A stretch of DNA of 64,000 bases from a virus. Below the pieces are notes generated by a model, which saw only the letters and a program-made list of their open reading frames with translations, was not told the origin of the DNA and did no database searches. The stretch covers positions 64,001-128,000 of the IMG/VR virus record IMGVR_UViG_3300017769_000001, one strand, 5' to 3'. This document shows, in pieces, positions 1 to 9,185 of the stretch; within the stretch, counting starts at the first letter, position 1, and each line of letters begins with the position of its first letter. Both the position numbers and the translations under genes were made by a program.

Positions 1-184
1 CATGTGCTTGTACGCATCGCCATCACTGCGATGTGTGTCGAGTACCTTCGACACCGAAAGCCAAAAAATGAGTGAAGGGATGAACAAAGTGAAGATGAAA
101 AGTAAAAGTGTCATTTCTGTAAGTCCTCGTTCAATGAGAAAGAATGGAATGCCCGCGATTTCTCTTCTTTGGTTTGTATTCTGA

Positions 185-622
185 TTAGTCTTCCGACATG
201 ATTGCGTCATGCGCACTAACAAGCATCCTATAAACGTGCTTGTTATAGATCCTGTAACGACCGAGAATCGGGTGCTGCTCTCCGACCCCATAATAGTCAT
301 TGATGAACTTTGCAACAGCCCCAGACCGGGATATACCGGCGTCACAATGAACGTAGAAGTCTTTAACGTTCTCGTCCACAATCGCATCTACAACCTCCGT
401 AACTAGGAAGTTCGCGTCCTCTACTGTCATTCCTTCTTCATCATCTTTGAAGACGAGCGTGAACCCTGAAGCGTTTGCGGATGCCATGAGTCCCATCATC
501 TCATCAGCGTCGTCTTCCGTTGTGTTGATAGAGATGATGATGAGTCGGTCTTGATCGGACAAATCGTTGTCTCGAAGAAGATCGATTGCGCTCCCTCGGC
601 TATTGAATGTTACGTTAACCAT
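185..622 (-). CDS. protein-tyrosine/dual-specificity phosphatase-like protein
   Basis: Cx5R P-loop motif VHCDAGISRS. Confidence 0.8.
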   Translation of the reverse strand: MVNVTFNSRGSAIDLLRDNDLSDQDRLIIISINTTEDDADEMMGLMASANASGFTLVFKDDEEGMTVEDANFLVTEVVDAIVDENVKDFYVHCDAGISRSGAVAKFINDYYGVGEQHPILGRYRIYNKHVYRMLVSAHDAIMSED

Positions 623-863
623 AATTGCACCGTTTCTCTGTTCTGACTATAGAACCGCGCTTAGAGATCATTTGGACTTTGCCGCCTCCCGCGATTGCAC
701 ATTTTCGACACTCGTGTTCGAACGTCGCCTTTCCAATCTTCTTCGACTTTCCTTTGTAAACCTGAACGCCGTTACGGTATACAGTAACACGAAATTCAGG
801 GAAAAGAAACCGAATCAACTTACCAACGAACATTCGCGTACCACTCCCCATCCTTAAATTCAT
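615..863 (-). CDS. hypothetical protein
   Basis: ORF overlapping neighbours in a tight operon; start uncertain. Confidence 0.5.
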   Translation of the reverse strand: MNLRMGSGTRMFVGKLIRFLFPEFRVTVYRNGVQVYKGKSKKIGKATFEHECRKCAIAGGGKVQMISKRGSIVRTEKRCNYG

Positions 864-1245
864 ACAAGGCGGTCAGTGGTGCTTGTCCGCCATCAGTTCG
901 AACCAGTTGGTGTTGAGTTCTGTTCCCGCACCCACGATATCCGAGTTTGTCGGTTATCTCCCAAGCAATTGGGCGACCGCCTTCGGTGTACCCATTACAA
1001 AACAGACTTCCGGTTGGATTGAACGGAAACTCTTTACACCCTTCAATCCTTCCGGTCGACACACCTATGGATATCAGTGTAACTCCGAACGACTTTGCAA
1101 CGTAGAGTATATCTTTGGTTCGGTTGACCGATTCCGTAAATTCCTTGTAAAACTTTGACTCATCTTCGAGAGTCTCCGGTTTCGTCCGCCTGTGTTCAGA
1201 TTCAAACCTTGATTCGAAAAATTCTTGAATAGGAACCAGTTTCAT
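820..1245 (-). CDS. hypothetical protein
   Basis: 141 aa ORF, ATGA overlap with upstream gene. Confidence 0.65.
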   Translation of the reverse strand: MKLVPIQEFFESRFESEHRRTKPETLEDESKFYKEFTESVNRTKDILYVAKSFGVTLISIGVSTGRIEGCKEFPFNPTGSLFCNGYTEGGRPIAWEITDKLGYRGCGNRTQHQLVRTDGGQAPLTALYEFKDGEWYANVRW

Positions 1246-2006
1246 TTCTTTTTCCTTTTTGTCGGGGCTTTCTTGAAGCTCATGTCGTCGAATCCCTTAG
1301 CATCCCGCATGTCGGTGTCTGATATTTGGACAGGAGGAATCTGGTTTACACCGAGCACCCCGGTGATGAACATCGAGATATCCTGAAAGGCCGTATACGC
1401 ATCCACAACCTTGTAGAACCCGATATCCTTCAGTGACGGGTTGAGATACACTTCATCAGAAACGTCGCTTGGATGCATTGGAGGGTAGCAGTCTTTCAAC
1501 ATAGCATGGATGGGGGTTCTCTGAGATGGAATCACGAACACCGGAGTTTTTAGCTCATGAAAGATTTCCGGACACTCTTTCGGGAATCGATCAAAGAATC
1601 TCTCGGCGTCTCTTATGATTTCTTTTCTGGAGTGTCGTCTGGTGTTGTACGTGAACTCCGTATTAAGGTAGTCTTTGATCATCGCTTCACTCGGTTCATA
1701 GTGGAATCTCAGATCTCTTCCGTAATCATACACCGCTGTGTACACCGGATATATCTTACCACAGAACCCAACGAGATCGATAGCACCGGCAAATGCGTTC
1801 CGGAAATTCCTTTTATCCATCGATTCACCGATCAGATGTTCCAGCAGCGTTATTCGATTATTCTTGGAGTAGTATTCGTTTCTTGTCGGTAGATCTTTGT
1901 TCGGACGTTCGATCATTTCAAGGTTCCTGACATAGACAATGGTCTCATCAACACCCATCGATGCGCCGATATCGTAATAGTCTCGAAACTTTGAAATGAT
2001 CTTCAT
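1242..2006 (-). CDS. hypothetical phage protein
   Basis: 254 aa ORF, GAGG RBS. Confidence 0.75.
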   Translation of the reverse strand: MKIISKFRDYYDIGASMGVDETIVYVRNLEMIERPNKDLPTRNEYYSKNNRITLLEHLIGESMDKRNFRNAFAGAIDLVGFCGKIYPVYTAVYDYGRDLRFHYEPSEAMIKDYLNTEFTYNTRRHSRKEIIRDAERFFDRFPKECPEIFHELKTPVFVIPSQRTPIHAMLKDCYPPMHPSDVSDEVYLNPSLKDIGFYKVVDAYTAFQDISMFITGVLGVNQIPPVQISDTDMRDAKGFDDMSFKKAPTKRKKK

Positions 2007-2016
2007 GATTACCTCG

Positions 2017-2364
2017 TCAGATTTTGAACTTTTTTGCGATCTCTTTCATCAGATCTGGGTTGTAGAATTCGCTTCCGATAATCTCATCATGGATTCGAAT
2101 CAAGCAGTCCACAAGAGAACCCGCGAATTTTGTTACTTCTTCGGTCAGACTGTCATCCTCTATAAAAGACATCCCAAAGTCAATCGTCGGCAATGACAAT
2201 GCAATCAATGCCGCGTCTGATGGCGAGATACCTTTCGTTTTTTGAATGATCGCATCTGCAACCGCGTTCGTGAAGATTACGATCTGGGAGCAGTAAAGAG
2301 AATCCAGAATCCGATGATTGGATTCTGTAGCTTCAACCAATTGCTTTTTGATTCCATCAATCAT
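2017..2364 (-). CDS. hypothetical protein
   Basis: 115 aa ORF in operon, G-rich RBS. Confidence 0.7.
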   Translation of the reverse strand: MIDGIKKQLVEATESNHRILDSLYCSQIVIFTNAVADAIIQKTKGISPSDAALIALSLPTIDFGMSFIEDDSLTEEVTKFAGSLVDCLIRIHDEIIGSEFYNPDLMKEIAKKFKI

Positions 2365-2366
2365 CT

Positions 2367-2591
2367 TTATCCCCCTCTCTCTTCTTCGATAACTTTTCGA
2401 ATCTCTTCAAACCCACAATCATAAGCAGCCTTTACTTTTTCTGCCTTCTCCAGATCAGACGGAAGTGCAATTGAAGTAGCGACTGTCCACTCGCCCATGT
2501 TTTTCATGAAGGAAAGAACCTCAACCGGGTTCCCATACCAGATAGTCGTAAACACAGAAATCCGGTTTGTACTCCGCTCTACTTGAATCAT
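2367..2591 (-). CDS. hypothetical protein
   Basis: 74 aa ORF, AGGTG RBS. Confidence 0.65.
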   Translation of the reverse strand: MIQVERSTNRISVFTTIWYGNPVEVLSFMKNMGEWTVATSIALPSDLEKAEKVKAAYDCGFEEIRKVIEEERGG

Positions 2592-2598
2592 TTGTCAC

Positions 2599-3192
2599 CT
2601 ACCGATTTTCTCGTCCAAGTGGAATGTTTGCTTCGAGTTTTGAAGCATAACACAGGATGTCATCTTCCGTCCAGAACCGATGGTCTCCGAGCCGCTCTTT
2701 CGAACCGTCAAGACCAACATCGATCACTTTCCCCGGAGCGTGGATTCTTCCATGCTCATGACCATGTATCATGATTGCTCCGCGATGACTTTGGTTGAAA
2801 GTCAGCATCGGGTAGTGGCACATGACAAGTTTCTTGCGGTTCTGTCCTTGTCCGATCTTGATCTCCTTCAAACGATCAACCGAGACAATCTTGCTACTCA
2901 TCTGTTTCAGAGAGTCAAACATACGCTCGTTGTCATGGTTACCGAGAATGCAGCGGATGTTTCCGTTCAGCCGACGGATGACTTTCATTGCCATCTCCAT
3001 TCCAGTTGTGCTGGAGTTGACAAAGAAAAAATCGCCGAGATGCCACACGGTGTCTCCAGAACTAACTTGCGAGTTCCAAAGCTCGATCAGCTTTTCTTCA
3101 TTCTCTTCTTGCTTCCACGGTCTGTCAGTGAACTTGCAGATGTTCTTATGAAAATAGTGGAGGTCTGAAGTGAAAAATGTTTTGTTTTGCAT
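2599..3192 (-). CDS. calcineurin-like metallophosphoesterase
   Basis: SDLH, LGD, GNHD, CHYP, HGHEH motifs. Confidence 0.9.
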   Translation of the reverse strand: MQNKTFFTSDLHYFHKNICKFTDRPWKQEENEEKLIELWNSQVSSGDTVWHLGDFFFVNSSTTGMEMAMKVIRRLNGNIRCILGNHDNERMFDSLKQMSSKIVSVDRLKEIKIGQGQNRKKLVMCHYPMLTFNQSHRGAIMIHGHEHGRIHAPGKVIDVGLDGSKERLGDHRFWTEDDILCYASKLEANIPLGRENR

Positions 3193-3200
3193 GGTTGCTC

Positions 3201-3299
3201 CTAAATCATGAACACCAGTGACCAGAGGATACAGAATCCGACGAAAGAGAGAACTGACTTCAACGTTGAAGTCTTACAACTGTTTTTTGTATTTTCCAA
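3201..3299 (-). CDS. 32-aa single-TM peptide (not in ORF track)
   Basis: TTG start with GGAG 7 nt upstream; MENTKNSCKTSTLKSVLSFVGFCILWSLVFMI; fills the gap. Confidence 0.5.
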   Translation of the reverse strand: MENTKNSCKTSTLKSVLSFVGFCILWSLVFMI

Positions 3300-3444
3300 A
3301 ATGCCACTCCTTCATACTTTCGTTGATTTGGATCTTGAAAGCTTCCAGATCTTCCTTCGACTTCTCTTTCCAGTTCCGACGCATGTCTGAATTTTTGAAA
3401 TACCCGCCGTTTGAACACTTCACCCCGATGACGTAAGTCGTCAT
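3274..3444 (-). CDS. 56-aa hypothetical protein (not in ORF track)
   Basis: ATGA overlap with lipoprotein stop; MTTYVIGVKC...GKYKKQL. Confidence 0.55.
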   Translation of the reverse strand: MTTYVIGVKCSNGGYFKNSDMRRNWKEKSKEDLEAFKIQINESMKEWHFGKYKKQL

Positions 3445-3659
3445 TGTCTGGTTTCGTAGTTCGTTTCTTTATTAGGGGAAAACAACATCCCACCGGAGAA
3501 CGCGTCACTGATAGGAGTAAAAGCAACATCAATGTAAGTCACACCACCGTGAAGCATACAGGTTGATAAGGCTGGTTCAATCTCGCTGAAGTACAGACGG
3601 GAAGAATCAGAACAACCAACCAACATAGCCAGCATTGCGACAACAAGTAACTTTTTCAT
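3441..3659 (-). CDS. small lipoprotein
   Basis: signal peptide with lipobox MKKLLVVAMLAMLVGC; GAGG RBS. Confidence 0.75.
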   Translation of the reverse strand: MKKLLVVAMLAMLVGCSDSSRLYFSEIEPALSTCMLHGGVTYIDVAFTPISDAFSGGMLFSPNKETNYETRQ

Positions 3660-3668
3660 AACGACACC

Positions 3669-3758
3669 TCAAGCGAAAATGATAACGAGCATGACTGTGT
3701 AGATCACAATCACGGCCAGATAGATACGAATTTCTGTAACTTTTCTGATACGACGCAT
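3669..3758 (-). CDS. 29-aa single-TM peptide (not in ORF track)
   Basis: ATG directly after upstream TAA; MRRIRKVTEIRIYLAVIVIYTVMLVIIFA. Confidence 0.55.
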   Translation of the reverse strand: MRRIRKVTEIRIYLAVIVIYTVMLVIIFA

Positions 3759-4187
3759 TTAGAACCTCACTTCTGGTGAGAATACGATGGCGTCTCCGAA
3801 AAGCTTTATCGTAGGTTCGATCATATACTTCGTATAACCGATCCCGATATGACCATGCAGACAGGGCGTTTGTTCGTCCCTGAAGTCGCCATAGCATCCA
3901 CGATATCCGTAGTTTACACCAATGGAGGCCGTTACGTCAACGTTCTCCATGATAGTGTAGCGCCAATGTCTTGCAATGAAAAAAGAATCACGTCCGAAAG
4001 AGTTTTTGAAGTATCCAGCGGCTACACTACCGTACTCCACTGCGACGATGTTATGAGTTTCATTCGTAATGTTTTCGCTGACTACATGACGGCTCCAACC
4101 ACCAAGAGCGACGTGAACCTCTTCCCGCTCGAACGCGTTTGCGTTTAGAGCGAAGAAGATCAATGAAACAAAGGCAAAAGCTTTCAT
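3759..4187 (-). CDS. small outer-membrane beta-barrel protein, PagP-like
   Basis: signal peptide, amphipathic strands, C-terminal Phe; WSRH...NE...FKNS pattern resembles PagP TWH...NE...FKDS. Confidence 0.6.
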   Translation of the reverse strand: MKAFAFVSLIFFALNANAFEREEVHVALGGWSRHVVSENITNETHNIVAVEYGSVAAGYFKNSFGRDSFFIARHWRYTIMENVDVTASIGVNYGYRGCYGDFRDEQTPCLHGHIGIGYTKYMIEPTIKLFGDAIVFSPEVRF

Positions 4188-4217
4188 ACTTTCTCCTACG
4201 CCCTCAACGAGCGTTTA

Positions 4218-5636
4218 TCAGTTTACTTGAATTACGGTGACTTCGTCTTTCAGCCACTCGGGAATGGAGCCATTCCGAGTAACCACGACAATGAGGGGAA
4301 TCTCATGTTCGTAGACGTTTAGGATGTCGCCGTGCGACAGATATCCGTCAGTGAAGATGACAATGACGTTATAGGCATCATCGCCCCATTCCTGTTGGAA
4401 CAATTCTACCATATGGGACATCACTGTACCACCGCCACCCTTCAGCGATACTGCGGTCGGATCGTCCTCGTTTTCAGATGAAAGTTGCGCCAGCATAAAC
4501 GCCTTGCTGTCACATGAAGCCACGTCGATCTGCCAGTTGCCGATTTGATCAACAATGCCGTGTAGTTCGGTCATTGCTTCGGTCAAATCGGAATCCGACA
4601 TAGAACCAGACGTATCAACACCGAAGCCGACTCGAATCTTTTCACCTTCACGTGAAGGAAACACTACTTCGTCAGTGGATCGACGATTGTAGTACGCATA
4701 TGTCGGCTTATCGTCGCGAGTTCGTTCAAAGAAATTGGCGAACTGATCCCGCCAGTCTACTTTCGGCTCACTCATTTCGAGGAACTTTCGGATGATTCCC
4801 ATTTCAGCATCGCCAACACCCTTACCCATCTGAGCCTGAGTGGCTGCGGCTCGAATGGTTGACGCGATCTCTTGAGACGTTGCAGATGACGATCCGCCAT
4901 CGCCACTGTTGGATTCAGGAGGAAGATCGAAAGCTTGCTGCCCGTTCTTTCCACCGCCAGATCCACCAGATTTCGAACCACCATTTTTCTTCTGTTCTTC
5001 TTCGAGATCCTTATAGATCTCGTCCTCAGTCCATCCATCATACTTGCGATCAAAGCATATCTCAAATACATCCTTCGGAAGCAATTCGACCGATCCGGTT
5101 TTTGCTCCATTACGAATGATCGCATCCATTGACGAATGAATGTAGTAGTCACACGCCACATTGAAAAGCTTCGGGTCATACCCTGCTTCGGCTCCGCGCA
5201 TCCCGTGCTCGTAGAAGATATGCCATACCTCATGAACAATCGCGAAAGACCGATATGCGCCTTTCTGGAGGTATTCCATGAAGAAGATTGGATTGATTAT
5301 CACATAAAAGTTCGTACCGAGAGCCATCGCACCGGCTGTCGGGAGATCCAGAGACCAGTAGAACTTGCACTGAAATGCAAGTGCGCCGAAGAACTGACTG
5401 AATCCAGTAACCCGGAAAAGAACATCAGAAAGCTCTCGCTCCCATTCAGAGGGAACATGCTGCTTCGCGATTGTCTTGAGAGATTCGATTTTGGTGTCTT
5501 TACCGTTAACTTCGATAGTACCACCACCGATAGCCCCAGAAGGAAGATTCCGATACTTTTCGACCAAAGCCGAATATTTGCCGACTTCAGAATCAGGAAC
5601 CCACGAATAAGGCTTTGTGTTGAATGTATCGGACAT
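4218..5636 (-). CDS. metallopeptidase-like + vWA domain protein
   Basis: HEVWH (HExxH); DTSGS MIDAS, GGGT and FTDG vWA motifs; start set at MSDTF (GAGG RBS). Confidence 0.85.
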   Translation of the reverse strand: MSDTFNTKPYSWVPDSEVGKYSALVEKYRNLPSGAIGGGTIEVNGKDTKIESLKTIAKQHVPSEWERELSDVLFRVTGFSQFFGALAFQCKFYWSLDLPTAGAMALGTNFYVIINPIFFMEYLQKGAYRSFAIVHEVWHIFYEHGMRGAEAGYDPKLFNVACDYYIHSSMDAIIRNGAKTGSVELLPKDVFEICFDRKYDGWTEDEIYKDLEEEQKKNGGSKSGGSGGGKNGQQAFDLPPESNSGDGGSSSATSQEIASTIRAAATQAQMGKGVGDAEMGIIRKFLEMSEPKVDWRDQFANFFERTRDDKPTYAYYNRRSTDEVVFPSREGEKIRVGFGVDTSGSMSDSDLTEAMTELHGIVDQIGNWQIDVASCDSKAFMLAQLSSENEDDPTAVSLKGGGGTVMSHMVELFQQEWGDDAYNVIVIFTDGYLSHGDILNVYEHEIPLIVVVTRNGSIPEWLKDEVTVIQVN

Positions 5637-5682
5637 GATTACCTCACTTGAAACATTGAAACCATTTTTTCTTACGTTCATG

Positions 5683-5711
5683 ATAATACTGACACTCTTT
5701 CCTCGTGTCAA
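5683..5711 (-). promoter_or_regulatory. sigma70-type early promoter
   Basis: TTGACA-17nt-TATTAT; TGACAC/GTGTCA inverted repeat overlaps -35. Confidence 0.7.
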
Positions 5712-5813
5712 TGATTGTGACCCCAGAATCGAGAGCTATGATCCGTTTTTCTGGATCATAGCTCTTGACTGTGGACTCAACCCCCGTCCGTGGGTGTCGA
5801 ACCCGGACAAGCA

Positions 5814-6968
5814 TTACTCGCTTGCCATTGCAGAAGTCCGATCCAGAACCTTCTTCAAACTGTCGCGAAGCTTGGAAAGCTTGCTGTTTGTCATGATCTG
5901 CATCAGAGCTTTCGGGTTTGCTCGCTTGATCGAGCGGAAAGCAACACCGGCAGACGAAACGTCGAATTCTTTGAAAATCGCGTTCAGATTGTCGATTGCT
6001 TCGTAGTCCGGGTTGTCTGCTTCCATCATATCAACCATGCGCATAGCGGTGGTGGAAATGATGATGAACATGATGCCGCGATCTGCGTTCGCGTCATTCG
6101 GAGCATTGTAGACGCCAGTCTTCTGAACTTCTTCGTAATCCGGCAACCAGCGTTCATTGCGCAGGAATCCGATGAAGTTGGAGCCAACCGAAGAGCCGAG
6201 GCACGACAAGATGCCCATTTCTTTCTCTGCCGGAGTCAGATACTGGTTAAAAAGAATCCGACTAACAGACTCGTAGTTGGCTGGGCAAGCAAACCCGTAC
6301 TCACCATCCAGAGCCTTTGAAACCAGATCAGAAGGCTTGAAGTTAACCCATCCAGCTACGGCGGGGTGGAGTTTTCTCTTCATCGCATAAGTGATGAAGT
6401 CTTCTGCGGTCGGCTCGATGAGGAAGTGAGCGCAGAAGCGGCGTGCCAGTGCTGGAACGATGCCCTTTGCACCAGTTTTGTCTTCTTTCAGGTTGCCGGC
6501 TGCGAGTACGAGAACACCTTCAGGAAGCTTCGTGCCGTTATGAATCGTGCGATCATGAACCAGACGATAACACGCATGTTGGTTCGGGATCGGGGCGTTT
6601 GCGAGTTCATCCAGAAGCAGAATACCGCACTCACCATCACGCGGGAACCACTGTGGAGTGGAGAACAGCATGTCCTTGATTTCAATACCGTCGACAACAT
6701 CAACAGTCGCCGGGTATGGGATGCCCTGAATGTCCGATTCCTGTTGAGCGCCAACCCGAACGTCCCAAATCTTGAACTTCGCATCGAATGCCTGTTCAAA
6801 CAGGTCTTTGACGTCAGCACCAATCTGATGTGTTACCGCCGACTTACCAACGCCGGGACTGGAGTGGAGCATCACAGCCTCGCCACATTTCTTGGTATCC
6901 GCCATTTCCTTGCAGATTGCCATGATGAAACTTTGCGCTTGGCTCAGGGATACTTTGGTCATTGCCAT
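5814..6968 (-). CDS. MoxR-like AAA+ ATPase
   Basis: Walker A SSPGVGKS, Walker B LLLDE, AAGN sensor I, ALARRF arginine finger; adjacent to vWA gene. Confidence 0.85.
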   Translation of the reverse strand: MAMTKVSLSQAQSFIMAICKEMADTKKCGEAVMLHSSPGVGKSAVTHQIGADVKDLFEQAFDAKFKIWDVRVGAQQESDIQGIPYPATVDVVDGIEIKDMLFSTPQWFPRDGECGILLLDELANAPIPNQHACYRLVHDRTIHNGTKLPEGVLVLAAGNLKEDKTGAKGIVPALARRFCAHFLIEPTAEDFITYAMKRKLHPAVAGWVNFKPSDLVSKALDGEYGFACPANYESVSRILFNQYLTPAEKEMGILSCLGSSVGSNFIGFLRNERWLPDYEEVQKTGVYNAPNDANADRGIMFIIISTTAMRMVDMMEADNPDYEAIDNLNAIFKEFDVSSAGVAFRSIKRANPKALMQIMTNSKLSKLRDSLKKVLDRTSAMASE

Positions 6969-7033
6969 GGGGTGTTACCTCACTTTTTGAATGTAGAACG
7001 AATCTTACCAGAAAGAATTTTAAAAGAAAAGCC

Positions 7034-8035
7034 TCAATTGAGACTTTTCAGCTTTTTATCGAACAGCTGGCGAACACGAGTGGTGATCGCTTTGCTGACC
7101 TTATCAGTGTCGCGATGCTGGGCCATTGGAGTGGCGTTACGCGACAAAACGTGCTCACTGATGGTCTTGATCAGGGTGAGACCAGAACCGGCCTTAGAGG
7201 TGTCTACAGACGCCTTGCAGGCACCAGTGATTTCTTCGTTCAGATCTTTCGGAAGTTTGGCGTCTTCCAGAACGTTGGAAAGGAGCGCGTAGATGTCAGT
7301 CTCGCTGAACTCGCCATCGGCGAGGAACTTGACGTATGGAACGATTTGACTGTTCCACGTATTCGCAATCGATGCGACGGCTGCGTTGAAGTTCACGATT
7401 TCAGCTTTCGCGCCGTTCGTATGGCGAACACGGAAGTTGAACCCGCTCTTTCCAGTATCCGTAAACAGCAGTGGTTGCCCATCGGCTGAAACCGGAATAA
7501 CCGACATCGAATGGTTTGAGGATTTGTCCAGAGACGTCTTCAAAACGATTTCCATGTGATAGCCGTCAACAGACTCCAGAGTGGCGGTGTCGATGTCTTC
7601 AACACGAACCCGCAGCTGCTGAGAACCGCCATTATAGGAGTTGTACACATAAGTCGGCTTCGACTTCGTACTCTCCAACATCTTCTGGAGATTCTCGTAG
7701 ATCATAGCCGGGGCGACAGCGGCATAATAGTCGCTACACGGCGTCAGTGCCTTCCACTCGTTGTCGTTGTTGCGGTCGACCATAACCATGTAATACTGGC
7801 CGTCACGACCACTCTCAGTGACGTACGCACCGTGCATGATCTTGTCATCGCCGTATGTCGCAGTGGCGAGTCCGTTGTCGTCGTAAGCTGGCTCGTGCAC
7901 CATGATCGGCGTTACTGCAATGCCCATCTTCACGTGGTTGATTGCTGCTTCCCACGCCTCTTCTCGACTGCAATTTGCAGTGTCGATGACAGTGACGTCC
8001 AGATCAACTTTTTCGAATTTGCGTTCGTAAGCCAT
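7034..8035 (-). CDS. hypothetical protein
   Basis: long ORF; start set at MAYERK downstream of a promoter. Confidence 0.75.
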   Translation of the reverse strand: MAYERKFEKVDLDVTVIDTANCSREEAWEAAINHVKMGIAVTPIMVHEPAYDDNGLATATYGDDKIMHGAYVTESGRDGQYYMVMVDRNNDNEWKALTPCSDYYAAVAPAMIYENLQKMLESTKSKPTYVYNSYNGGSQQLRVRVEDIDTATLESVDGYHMEIVLKTSLDKSSNHSMSVIPVSADGQPLLFTDTGKSGFNFRVRHTNGAKAEIVNFNAAVASIANTWNSQIVPYVKFLADGEFSETDIYALLSNVLEDAKLPKDLNEEITGACKASVDTSKAGSGLTLIKTISEHVLSRNATPMAQHRDTDKVSKAITTRVRQLFDKKLKSLN

Positions 8036-8066
8036 GATTCTTACCTTTTTGATGTGTTCGAAGTAA

Positions 8067-8095
8067 ATACTAAAGACTTTCGAGGTGAAAGTCAA
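8067..8095 (-). promoter_or_regulatory. sigma70-type early promoter
   Basis: TTGACT-17nt-TAGTAT; GACTTTC/GAAAGTC inverted repeat overlaps -35. Confidence 0.65.
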
Positions 8096-8144
8096 CTTAC
8101 AAATAAAAAATATCGAAACTTTCGTTTTAAAGTTTACTTTCAAT

Positions 8145-8170
8145 GAAAAGGGGGAATTATCCCCCTTTTC
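8145..8170 (-). terminator. intrinsic terminator after rIIB
   Basis: GAAAAGGGGGA-atta-TCCCCCTTTTC hairpin directly after stop. Confidence 0.7.
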
Positions 8171-8171
8171 A

Positions 8172-9152
8172 TCAGACCTTGCCAGTTACTTCTTCGATAA
8201 CCTTGTACTTACAGACACGAGCCTTGGCGTTATTGTAATCGACCGGAATCGACACGAAGTCAGCAGGATCGACCAGAACCTTGACCACCCGAGAGCCGTT
8301 GAATTGTGACAGGTAGCTCTTTGCACATACGTGGTATCCGCGAGAGCAAGTCTGATGCTTGTCGGCGTTGACTTCCCAGCGGGGCATGTATGGCTCCTGA
8401 CCGATGGAGTTGTCAACCGTGTTCGAATGGCAATCCTTCCAGTTTTCGCGAATCTTCTTGAAAGCGACAACCATACCGTCGTCGTCGATCTCGATGTCGT
8501 TGTGCTGGAGGAACCCGAACAGCTGCTGTACCGAATCCTTTGAAGGATTTTGGTACAGGCGATCAGTGAACTTAACAAGACGGTTCAGACCACTGTCATC
8601 ATCAGCCCGTGCTGCTTCGATCAGTCGATCCCCCAGATCGGCAGAGATAACACGACCGGAATAGCGAACAACACCAGCTTTAGTGTCGACTTCAACGCGC
8701 CCACGCGTCAGCTTGATGAACTGTTCCTTTTCAGAAATCATTTCAAAAGCAGCCTTCAGCTGATCTTGCGTTGGCTTCCCTTGACTTTTCAGGAGATCGG
8801 TTACGATCTTATCAAACCGAGGATCGGTGTTCTCCAGATTCTCGGTTTCCTTTTCAGAGCCGGTGATCTTGCTGATTGACAGGAAAGAACCGGTCAGGAT
8901 GAAGTTGAACTTTGAACTTTCATCAACAACGACAGGGTCTTTCTTCGCTGGACTCTTCTTTGCACTCTTCCGGTGCTTCTGCTTCTCAGGGGTCTTAACT
9001 GCGATTGCCTGACCGCTTTCACGGTGGTGCTGAAGCGCACGGCGAACCGTACGCTCGGAAGTGTTCAGGATGCCTGCGATTTCAGAAACAGTTTTCCCGT
9101 TCTGAATCTTCAGCTTTGCAGCACGAGCCGCGATGTTTTTGTATACAGCCAT
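8172..9152 (-). CDS. rIIB: rIIB-like protein
   Basis: N-terminal HTH; NPS...LFGFL...DG..VAFKK...TCSRGYHV...VLVDPADFVSIPVDYN..KARVCKY core. Confidence 0.92.
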   Translation of the reverse strand: MAVYKNIAARAAKLKIQNGKTVSEIAGILNTSERTVRRALQHHRESGQAIAVKTPEKQKHRKSAKKSPAKKDPVVVDESSKFNFILTGSFLSISKITGSEKETENLENTDPRFDKIVTDLLKSQGKPTQDQLKAAFEMISEKEQFIKLTRGRVEVDTKAGVVRYSGRVISADLGDRLIEAARADDDSGLNRLVKFTDRLYQNPSKDSVQQLFGFLQHNDIEIDDDGMVVAFKKIRENWKDCHSNTVDNSIGQEPYMPRWEVNADKHQTCSRGYHVCAKSYLSQFNGSRVVKVLVDPADFVSIPVDYNNAKARVCKYKVIEEVTGKV

Positions 9153-9185
9153 GATTTTCTCCTAACTTTGAATTTGGTTCAGTGT

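Noticed and set aside
3192-3444. Stop read-through fusing the 56-aa ORF to the phosphoesterase, or an alternative genetic code
   Set aside because: The phosphoesterase has its own AGGAG RBS and core genes are intact in the standard code
5786-5808. tRNA gene suggested by GGTTCGA
   Set aside because: No acceptor, D or anticodon arms could be built
6366-7292. 308-aa plus-strand ORF
   Set aside because: Antisense shadow of the AAA ATPase and its neighbour
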